Part shown: positions 9,938-21,700 of the stretch, one piece after another | Position numbering within the stretch: position 1 is the stretch's first letter | Layout: each line of letters starts with the position of its first letter | Assembly: GCA_964016885.1 (NCBI GenBank) | Contig: OZ024741.1 | Coordinates: 413,292,001 to 413,356,000 of the forward strand | DNA: 64,000 nt | Direction of reading: 5' to 3' | From: Eledone cirrhosa | Taxonomy: Eukaryota | Position numbers and translations under genes: made by a program | The notes under the pieces: model-generated | What the model was told of the DNA's origin: nothing | Databases searched by the model: none | What the model saw: the letters and a program-made list of their open reading frames with translations, nothing else

Positions 9938-12894
9938 TCATCATCATCATCATCATCAGGTTTAGCGTCCGTGTTCCACGCTTGCATGGGTTTGGACGGG
10001 GGTTTTCCCACTTGAGGCAAGAGTGGTTGTCTTGCTCGCATAGGACTGTCTGGCGGGTTTTCTACAGTTGGATGCCCTTCCTAACACCAACCACATTTAC
10101 AGTGTGGGGCTGGGAGGTTTTTACCGTGTTGCCTACACGGCCACATTACAGCATGGAGTGTCTGGCGGGTTTTCTACAGCTGGATGCCCTTCCTAACACC
10201 AACCACATTTACAGTGTGGGGCTGGGAGGTTTTTACCGTGTTGCCTACACGGCCACATTTACAGCGTGGACTGTGTGTTTTTTTGTCGTGACACCTACAC
10301 GATCTCATTTGTTTCGGCCTGGATGTTGTGGGACCAACATAACTGTACATTGAAAGGGGCGGTGTGGATGGGGTGGAGGTGGTGGGACGGGGGGGTGTTT
10401 TGATAGAGATGCCTACTGACTGTAGTAGGTTTTTACTTTGTATTTAGGTAAGGCGGGTCTTCTCTATTACTGAGTACCGCCAAAGGTCTCGGTCCAGTGA
10501 CATTGTCTTGGAGAGGTGTAAGCGTGTGAGGTCGGAATTTATCAGCTCGTCCCAGGTTTTTCTGGGTCTGCCTACTCCGTGGCTACCGTCTATCTTTATT
10601 GCCCTGCACTTTGTTATACAGTTGTCGTCTTTCATGCGCATCACGTGACCGTACCAACGTAGCCTTCTCTCGAGTAAACAACATCTGATCCCTCTTATTT
10701 CTAATTTTTTCCTTAGTTCGTTTATGCTTTGCCGTTCACGTATATTACTATTGCACATCCAGCGGAGCATGCAAGCTTCGTTCCTCTCTAGTCTGCGTAT
10801 ATCCTCTGCACACAATGCCCAGGTCTCACTGCCATGCAGCATTGCTGTTCGTATGCAGGCATCGTATAACCTGCCTTTCATTTTTAGGGAGAACCCTCTA
10901 GCGGCTAATAGTGGTATAAGCTCTCTGAACTTTTTCCATCCAGTTCTGACTCTAGCTACTGTACTTTCAGAGCACCCTCCCCCACTGCTGATTTTGTCAC
11001 CCAGGTAACGGAAGCTGTCCACTATTTCTATAGAACCCTCTGCGCAATTGAAGGAGCTAGTATTTTGTGGGCACTTGCTGCTACTTATTGCACCAGAGCA
11101 CCGGCCACATGTAAAATCTATGTTCTTAGTTAGCTTACCTGTGATCCCACTACATCTTTTATGCACCCATACTTTGCATTTGGGACATAAAATGGAGTTT
11201 CTACCTACGCCTTTCCTACACACTGAGCATGGCCATTTCCCAGATGGGACTGCCGCCATATTTTCTTTCCTACAAACTAGAACTTTTGTCTTAGCCAGGT
11301 TAATTTTAAGGCCTTTTGATTCTAGGCCGTGCTTCCATGTTTGGAATTTCTTCTCTAGTTCGGTCATTGATTCAGCTATGAGCATTAGATCATCTGCGTA
11401 TAGGAGTTCCCATGGGCAGCCGGTCTTGAACTCCTCTGTTATAGCCTGAAGGGCAATAATAAATAGTAGGGGGCTAAGAACAGAGCCCTGATGGACACCA
11501 ACTTTTACGCTAAACTCTTCACTATATTCGTTGTTAATTCTAACCTTACTGACTGTTTCTTTATACATGGCTTGTATAGCTCTCACAAGCCATTCGTCAA
11601 CACCTAGTTTTCTAAGAGACCACCAGATAATGGAACGGGGGACTCTGTCGAAGGCTTTCTCCAAGTCGACGAAAGCTAAGTATAGGGGTTTACTTTTAGC
11701 TAGGTACTTCTCCTGTAGTTGTCGTACAATGAAAAGAGCGTCTGTGGTACTTTTGCCTGACACAAACCCGAACTGCATTTCATCTAGATCAATTCTCTCT
11801 CTGATTAGTTGCGCTATTACTTTTTCCGTGACCTTCATGACCTGGTCGATTAATTTAATGCCTCTATAGTTACTCCTATCTAGGGCATCTCCTTTTCCCT
11901 TATAGCAGTTAACGATGATGCTGCTACGCCAGTCCTTCGGAACAACCCCATTCTGTACGACTTGGTTAACTATCCGGGTGACCATGGTGTGTCCCACCGA
12001 ACCAGATGCCTTCAGCATCTCATCAACTATTTCCGAAGGACCAGCCGCCTTACCCGTCTTCATATCTTTGATTGCCTTGCTTATTGTACTACCCTGGACT
12101 AACACTGCTGGTCCCTCTATTGGGTCGATGTGGGGGAGACTGTCTTTTTCCCATTTGTTCTCCTCATTTAGAAGCCTTTCGTAGTGACACTTCCAAGCTA
12201 CCTTCTTATCAGCGTCGGTGATGGCAAGTATGCCATCATCGTTAAGCACACACTTCTCCCCGACAATATCACGGTTTTCCTTGACACATTGCCTGGCAAT
12301 CCTGAACACCTCACGTTTTTGGTCCTCACGTTGTAGAACATGCTTGAACTTTCTTTCCTCTGCTTCCCTTCTTGCGAAGTACACTTGTCTCCTAGCTTCC
12401 CTCCTGGCTACCTGATAGTCTTCTCTACTTCCCCCATCCCGCCATGCTTTCCAAGCCTGCTTTTTGGCCTTAATTGACTCCTCCACCTTACTGTTCCACC
12501 ACCATGTTACTCTCCTCCTACCTACAGGCCTGCTCCAGCCACAGACTTCGTCTGCCGCCGTCAGCAGGTTTGCTCTCAGGAATTCCCACTGTTCCTCTAT
12601 ATTATACGACTCTAATTGCTCTTCCTTACTGTCGAAAGCGTCAAGTAATATGCTTTGAAATTTATTTCTGGCTATGGGGTCCTTTAGCTTCCATATTTTT
12701 CTCCTGAGGATAGTCCTCTTCTGCTGTCTAGTACGTCTCGTCCTGACTATGAGGTCGCTAATTATCAGTCTATGTTGGGAGGTGAATTCTTCATGGGGGA
12801 GGGATTTAGTGTTAACAACAGACACTCTGTCACGTCTTCTGGTAAGGATATAATCTACCTGGCTTGTGTGTTCCCCCGATCTATAGGTGATTAA

Positions 12895-12897
<3 letters not shown>
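9935..12897 (-). mobile_element. RTE family A LINE, 5'-truncated, young
   Basis: Uninterrupted ORF from the APE C-terminus to the stop, ~500-nt 3' UTR, (GAT)n tail, (TA)n on both sides. Confidence 0.96.
10444..12897 (-). CDS. RTE ORF (partial APE, reverse transcriptase, PHD-type finger, C-terminal domain); no start codon
   Basis: [38 protein letters not shown]4HC3, [22 protein letters not shown]; the N-terminal part of the tracked 947-aa ORF is microsatellite read-through. Confidence 0.92.
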
Positions 12898-13795
<898 letters not shown>

Positions 13796-13971
13796 TAAAT
13801 AGGTACTCAATAAATATACGCATATACGCAGGCACATAAAAACACCTCTACAGGCAGAAAATGTAGATACGAAAGAGGTACTCACATAACCATAGTGGCC
13901 GTATTTCAGGTTGAGGAGGGGTGGGGGTAGGGTGGGGAGGAGGTATAGGGGCCAATAGCGGGAGGTCGTTT

Positions 13972-16211
13972 TTAGCCATCGGGCTTTAACACTGGCTTAA
14001 AGTGTTTGAAAGTTGCAAAGTTCTTGTGCATGCAGTTCGGGCAGTGTTCAGAGAGTTTGTTCAGTAGCGGGCCCTTGGCGAATAAAATTTCGTAGCTCTC
14101 TGAAATACAAAGGTCGCAGCCCTTGTGTCCTCCGTTGTAAGAGCGCGCTTCTGGAGTATTTTCCATTTAAGCGTGAAGGGGGTGGAGTTCCTTTTGAGGT
14201 CCCAAACGTAGGAGGCGAGTGTTGTCTGATTTGATTTATCCGGTCTTCTGAAGGAGTGGGTATGGGCATACCAACGGGTCTTAAAGTTGTTGGAGGTCAT
14301 GCCGATGTAAGTTTTTTTGCAATCCTCGGTGCCTGAGATGACATCGCATTTGTATACGATGTCATTTGTGAGGCATTTGTTTTTAAGTGGGCATGCTTCC
14401 TTATTTAGGCAATTACATAGAGCCCCAGTCCAGGGATTGGTTTCGGAGGTGGTTGGCTTATTTAATTTTTTAGAATTGTGGTTGGCTATATTCCTAGCTA
14501 GGTTAGGTGTGGTGGAGTAAGACAGTCTTGTTGTGTTCTTATTAAAGATGGTGTGGTACCTATGTTGTATGGGGAAGTGTAATTTCAGTAAAGTGAAGAA
14601 AATCCTAGCTATCGGAGTAGATACCTCTCTATTGAAGGGAGGGTTGTACCAGCTAATCTGCCTATGTCTATTCCTCCTCTGCAATCTTGCGGTGGTTTCT
14701 AGGTAAGTTATCTTATCTTTAAATCCGCTACGGGCGAGGGCGTCATTGTAGTAGGAGGCAGATGCATTAAAAATATCTTTGTTGGCGGAGAGGCCAGATA
14801 TTCTAATAGAGACGCTTTTTACTAGGTTATCAGTGATGTTTTGGGGGTGGTTTGAATTAACATTAATATATTTAAGGGACTCGTTAGGTCTGTGGTACGG
14901 GTAATAGAGGGAAGTATCTAGGTCGAGAGTGACATCTAAGAAGTTGGCCCTAGTCAAATTAGAATCTATAGTTATACTAAATCCTAAATTAGAGAAGAAA
15001 GAGCTTAAGTTTTTCCGAAACCCATCGGTGGTTCTGGGGTTAACCTTATGCAGGGCGAAGAGGCCGTCGTCTCGGTATAAACCTCCCGTTAGGCCGGTAA
15101 AGAGGTTCTTCAGGTTATGTAGGATGTACAGGCCCACAAGGTCGCTAATTTCAGCCGAGTCACTCGCCCCCATGCTAACGTCAAATGGGGTCTGAGATTT
15201 CTTGTTGATCCAGTAAGATCCATTGTGGTATAGAAAGGTCTTACGAGCGTGGAGGATAACAACTTGCTCAGCATCGGTAATGGTGGTAAAATTCCTGGCA
15301 AAGTTAATTGCGTCCTTCAGAAGGGGCTCCGAGATAGAGGCATAGTAGTTTTCTATGTCGAGTTGCAGGAAGCGAGTGTGGTGTTTATCGGGTAATTTTT
15401 GGAACCATGATATTGCCTCAGATGTTCTGCTCCAGAGTGGAAGTGGTGAGGCTGCCCGCAATGATGGTAGAACTCTATCCAGGATCTTCTTACTGATAGA
15501 GCCGATGTCAGAACGAGTGGGGTTGATAAGTCTGACTGATGGTTTGTTGAGGAAATTTCCCTTATGGTCCTTCAGGGTAAAGTGCGGGGTCTTTACCCTT
15601 AAAGGTTCGGTTCGGTCATGTAATTTAAGGGACTTGGCGATTTCTTTTCCGGCCGCGTTTGTCTCAGTCAGTGCCCTCTCTATTACCTTTTTGTAGGTGG
15701 TCGTGATGGTATTTTTTGCCAGCTTATTGTAGGTCTGTGGGTCTACCTCATAAACGTTTTTGGTTTTATCGGAGGAGACATAAAGATTAGGGGATTTTTT
15801 TATATTCCGTAATTCGGCATTTAAGTAGGCCTGGAATGGTGTGGTGGCTCTACGGAATTTAATATCCTTGATCATCTTGAAGAGGTCTTCTTCAAATGGT
15901 TGGAGTAGGCTGTTGGTGGGTGGTGTCTTATTCGTTTTGAAGCCGAACTTCTCATCATTGGTAGATGCTACATCAGGGTTGTCGAGGAAGAAGGCCCTCC
16001 ATCTAATTCGCTTGATGAACTCGTCGGTACGTCTGATGAGTGTTTTTAAGTATAGTTTCCTTGGAGGGATAGGGATGTTCTTCAAGGAAATATCAAGGTC
16101 GAGTTTGGTCAGCATGGTTTCTTGATGATGGTTATAAGGGGCACAGAGAGTGCTAAAATGTACGTTATTCCGGGTTGAATCGGAGGTAACCACAGTAAGT
16201 AAGGTATTCAA
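13972..16211 (-). pseudogene. PLE polyprotein (RT plus C-terminal GIY-YIG endonuclease), one frameshift near 14150
   Basis: RT motifs LDIENYYASI, MGASDSAEISDL, LYRDDGL, NFLDVTL; linker CNCLNKEAC; IVYKC..TYIGMT..FKTRWYAH; C-terminus CDLC..CMHK continues in the 13972-14166 frame. Confidence 0.93.
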
Positions 16212-16526
16212 TACATAGCAGAGTATAAAAGTTTTAATATAGATGAGATTCTACAGGACTAGAACTGTTTCATTCATTAGAAATCATCAGGAATCTGGGT
16301 ATCAAAAAATAAAAATGGTATTTATAGGTCTCTACAAGTGGTAGGAGAGGGTGGGGAGTGGGATGGGTGTAGGTCATTGGTTGATAGAAAAGGGAATTCA
16401 TTAAAAGCTAATTCTACAAAGCTATAGTTTAGTTTATTTTTATTTATTTATGTTTTTAGAGTAACAAGGGCAGACAGAATTCTATAAACAGGTTCCGGAT
16501 GGCATACCATTCCTTGTCATTAAGTT

Positions 16527-16530
<4 letters not shown>
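16187..16530 (-). repeat. PLE 5' pseudo-LTR
   Basis: Direct repeat of 7791-8130, overlapping the ORF start. Confidence 0.88.
16246..16296 (-). ncRNA. Type I hammerhead ribozyme in 5' pLTR (GUA site)
   Basis: agattc-CTGATGA-tttctaatgaat-GAAA-cag-ttctagtc-ctg-TA-gaatct; all core residues and three stems present. Confidence 0.88.
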
Positions 16531-16560
<30 letters not shown>

Positions 16561-16562
<2 letters not shown>

Positions 16563-17642
16563 ACATAGATTTTACATGTGGCCGGTGCTCCAGTGCAATA
16601 AGTAGCAGCAAGTGCCCACAAAATACTAGCTCTTTCAATTGCGCAGAGGGTTCTATAGAAATAGTGGACAGTTTCCGTTACCTGGGTGATAAAATCAGCA
16701 GTGGGGGAGGGTGCTCTGAAAGTACAGTAGCTAGAGTCAGAACTGGTTGGAAAAAGTTCAGAGAGCTTATACCACTATTAGCTGCTAAAGGGTTCTCCCT
16801 AAAAATGAAAGGCAGGTTGTACGATGCCTGCATACGAACAGCAATGTTGCATGGCAGTGAGACCTGGACATTGTGTGCAGAGGATATACGCAGACTAGAG
16901 AGGAACGAAGCTTGCATGCTCCGCTGGATGTGTAACAGTAATATACGTGAACGGCAAAGCATAAACGAACTAAGGAAAAAATTAGAAATAAGAGGGATCA
17001 GATGTTGTTTACTCGAGAGAAGGCTACGTTGGTATGGACACGTGATGCGCATGAAAGTCGATAGCTGTATAACAAAGTGCAGGGCAATAAAGATAGACGG
17101 TAGCCACGGAATAGGCAGACCTAGAAAAACCTGGGACGAGCTGATAAACTCCGACCTCACACACTTACACCTCTCCAAGACAATGTCACTGGACCGAGAC
17201 CTTTGGCGGTACTCAGTAACAGAGAAGACCCGCCTTACCTAAATACATAGTAAAACCTACTAGTCAGTAGGCATCTCTAACAAAATACCCCCCCCCCCCG
17301 TCCCACCACCCCCACCCCATCCACACCACCCCGTTCTATGTAAAGTTATGTTGGTGCCACACCATCCAGGCCGAAGCAAATGAGATCGTGTAGGTGTCAC
17401 GACAAAAAAACACACAGTCCACGCTGTAATGTGGCCGTGTAGGCAACACGGTAAAAACCTCCCAGACCCACACTGTAAATGTGGTTGGTGTTAGGAAAGG
17501 CATCCAACTGTAGAAAACCTGCCAGACAGTCCTATGCGAGCAAGACAATCACTCTTGCCTCAAGTGGGACTACACCCGTCCAAACCCATGCAAGCGTGGA
17601 ACACGGACGTTAAACGTTGATGATGATGATGATGATGATGAT

Positions 17643-17644
<2 letters not shown>
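16561..17644 (+). mobile_element. RTE family A 3' fragment
   Basis: ORF end [15 protein letters not shown], 3' UTR, (GAT)n; (TA)n on both sides. Confidence 0.95.
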
Positions 17645-17679
<35 letters not shown>

Positions 17680-18377
17680 TAATCTATTTTCTAAACTGCT
17701 TTTCTCTTTATCTCTTTCACTCTATTTGTCTATCTGTTTGTAGATCCATCCATCTATCTATCTATCTCTTACTATCTCCCCAATCTCTCTCGCTCTGTCT
17801 CTTTATATATATATATATATCATATAAATATTACTACCTATATATCTGTCTGTCTACTTATCTATCCTTCTATCTATCATCAACTTAACTAGAGTCAGTT
17901 TCCAGGACTTTCTGACAAGAAACTAGGCTATAATATTGTTAGTCAAATGCAATTGTCCTTAAAATGAAATAAAACAGAAATAAAACAAATAATTCTTCTT
18001 TTAAATAGAAGTGAAAGCTGACTCAGGCTTTTACATACTGTTTACATTAAATTTTCCAAAGTCACATGTATACACACACGCACACATACATACATGTTTG
18101 TATATATATATGTATGAGAGAGAGAGAGATGAGAGAGATATATATATACAAACATATACATGCAGTGAATCATGTCCTCACTAAATAGTTCTATCTTATG
18201 CTTTATGTAAATCTGGATATATTTAAATAATTCTTTCATTTAGGTTAAACTTTTGGGGTTTTTATGAAAGTTTATAACCCAACAAACCATCAAACCTACA
18301 AACCAACAAACCATCAAACCATCACTGTTGTTTTACCTGTTTCCTTGGTTTTGGTTCTTCTCAGTATATCTATTTAT

Positions 18378-18560
18378 TGGCAATAATCGGTAGAGCGTCG
18401 GACGCCATGCTTTGTGGCATTGAGTTACGGCCCTTTACATTCTGAGTTCAAATCCCGCCAAGGTTACTTTTGCCTTTCATCATTACGGGGTCAATAAAAT
18501 AAAGTACCAGTAATGCACTGGTGTCAATTGCTGGCCTTGTGCCAAATATAGAAACGATTA
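18378..18560 (+). mobile_element. tRNA-derived SINE (family 1)
   Basis: TGGCAATAATCGG A box, GAGTTCAAATCC B box; homologous to 1605-1787. Confidence 0.8.
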
Positions 18561-18596
18561 TGTGTGTATATATATATATATATAGATATAGATATA

Positions 18597-18751
18597 TCAT
18601 CATCATCACTATTCAACGTTCATTTATCCATGCTAGTATGGGCTAGACAAGTTGTCCTATTGTGAGCAATGCTAGGTCAAATGACCATGTTTTGCTCATA
18701 CAGAACTGATTTTGCCTTGGTTTTTACAGCTGGATGCCCTTCCTAACCCTA
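18597..18751 (-). mobile_element. RTE family C-type 3' end anchoring the 48-bp array
   Basis: (CAT)n, tail and GCTGGATGCCCTTCCTAAC motif collinear with 46639-46800. Confidence 0.85.
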
Positions 18752-21700
18752 ACCACTTTACAGTGTTGACTGGGTGTTTTTTTTTGTAGTGACACCTACA
18801 CGACCACTTTACAGTGTGGGCTGGGTGTTTTTTGTAGAGACACCTACACAACCACTTTATAGTGTGGGCTGAGTGTTTTTTGTAGAGACACCTACACAAC
18901 CACTTTATAGTGTGGGCTGGGTGTTTTTTGTAGAGACACCTACACAACCACTTTATGGTGTGGGCTGGGTGTTTTTTGTAGTGACACCTACACAACCACT
19001 TTATGGTGTGGGCTGGGTGTTTTTTGTAATGACACTTACACAACCACTTTATGGTGTGGGCTGGGTGTTTTTTGTAGTGACACCTACATGACCACTTTAT
19101 AGTGTGGGCTGGGTGTTTTTTGTAGAGACACCTACACAACCACTTTATAGTGTGGGCTGGGTGTTTTTTGTAGAGACACCTACACGACCACTTTACAGTG
19201 TGGGCTGGGTGTTTTTTGTAGAGACACCTACACAACCACTTTATAGTGTGGGCTGAGTGTTTTTTGTAGAGACACCTACACAACCACTTTATAGTGTGGG
19301 CTGGGTGTTTTTTGTAGAGACACCTACACAACCACTTTATGGTGTGGGCTGGGTGTTTTTTGTAGTGACACCTACACAACCACTTTATGGTGTGGGCTGG
19401 GTGTTTTTTGTAGAGACACCTACACAACCACTTTATGGTGTGGGCTGGGTGTTTTTTGTAGTGACACCTACATGACCACTTTATAGTGTGGGCTGGGTGT
19501 TTTTTGTAGAGACACCTACACAACCACTTTATAGTGTGGGCTGGGTGTTTTTTGTAGAGACACCTACACGACCACTTTACAGTGTGGGCTGGGTGTTTTT
19601 TGTAGAGACACCTACACAACCACTTTATAGTGTGGGCTGGGTGTTTTTTGTAGAGACACCTACACAACCACTTTATGGTGTGGGCTGGGTGTTTTTTGTA
19701 GTGACACCTACATGACCACTTTATAGTGTGGGCTGGGTGTTTTTTGTAGAGACACCTACACAACCACTTTATAGTGTGGGCTGGGTGTTTTTTGTAGAGA
19801 CACCTACACGACCACTTTACAGTGTGGGCTGGGTGTTTTTTGTAGAGACACCTACACAACCACTTTATAGTGTGGGCTGGGTGTTTTTTGTAGTGACACC
19901 TACACAACCACTTTATAGTGTGGGCTGGGTGTTTTTTGTAGAGACACCTACACAACCACTTTATAGTGTGGGCTGGGTGTTTTTTGTAGTGACACCTACA
20001 CGACCACTTTATAGTGTGGGCTGGGTGTTTTTTGTAGAGACACCTACACAACCACTTTATAGTGTGGGCTGGGTGTTTTTTGTAGTGACACCTACACAAC
20101 CACTTTATAGTGTGGGCTGGGTGTTTTTTGTAGAGACACCTACACAACCACTTTATAGTGTGGGCTGGGTGTTTTTTGTAGAGACACCTACACGACCACT
20201 TTACAGTGTGGGCTGGGTGTTTTTTGTAGAGACACCTACACAACCACTTTATAGTGTGGGCTGGGTGTTTTTTGTAGTGACACCTACACAACCACTTTAT
20301 AGTGTGGGCTGGGTGTTTTTTGTAGAGACACCTACACAACCACTTTATAGTGTGGGCTGGGTGTTTTTTGTAGAGACACCTACACAACCACTTTACAGTG
20401 TTGACTGGGTGTTTTTTGTAGTGACACCTACACAACCACTTTATAGTGTGGGCTGGGTGTTTTTTGTAGTGATACCTACACAACCACTTTATAGTGTGGG
20501 CTGGGGGTTTTTTGTAGAGACACCTACGCAACCACTTTATAGTGTGGGCTGGGTGTTTTTTGTAGTGACACCTACACAACCACTTTACAGTGTTGACTGG
20601 GTGTTTTTTGTAGAGACACCTACACAACCACTTTATAGTGTGGGCTGGGTGTTTTTTATAGTGACACCTACACGACCACTTTACAGTGTGGGCTGGGTGT
20701 TTTTTGTAGTGACACTTACACAACCACTTTACAGTGTGGGCTGGGTGTTTTTTGTAGTGACACCTACACAACCACTTTACAGTGTGGGCTGGGTGTTTTT
20801 TGTAGTGACACCTACACAACCACTTTACAGTGTTGACTGGGTGTTTTTTGTAGTGACACCTACACAACCACTTTACAGTGTGGGCTGGGTGTTTTTTGTA
20901 GTGACACCTACACAACCACTTTACAGTGTGGGCTGGGTGTTTTTTGTAGTGACACCTACACAACCACTTTACAGTGTTGACTGGGTGTTTTTTGTAATGA
21001 CACTTACACAACCACTTTATAGTGTGGACTGGGTGTTTTTTGTAGAGACACCTACACAACCACTTTACAGTGTGGGCTGGGTGTTTTTTGTAGAGACACC
21101 TACACAACCACTTTACAGTGTGGGCTGGGTGTTTTTTGTAGAGACACCTACACAACCACTTTATAGTGTGGGCTGGGTGTTTTTTGTAGTGACACCTACA
21201 CAACCACTTTATAGTGTGGGCTGGGTGTTTTTTGTAGAGACACCTACACAACCACTTTACAGTGTGGGCTGGGTGTTTTTTGTAGAGACACCTACACAAC
21301 CACTTTATAGTGTGGACTGGGTGTTTTTTGTAGTGATACCTACACAACCACTTTATAGTGTTGACTGGGTGTTTTTTGTAGAGACACCTACACAACCACT
21401 TTATAGTGTGGGCTGGGTGTTTTTTGTAGTGACACCTACACAACCACTTTACAGTGTGGGCTGGGTGTTTTTTGTAGTGACACCTACACAACCACTTTAC
21501 AGTGTGGGCTGGGTGTTTTTTGTAGTGACACCTACACAACCACTTTACAGTGTTGACTGGGTGTTTTTTGTAATGACACTTACACAACCACTTTATAGTG
21601 TGGACTGGGTGTTTTTTGTAGAGACACCTACACAACCACTTTACAGTGTGGGCTGGGTGTTTTTTGTAGAGACACCTACACAACCACTTTACAGTGTGGG

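Noticed and set aside
18378-18445. tRNA gene
   Set aside because: A/B boxes only, no cloverleaf; it is a SINE head
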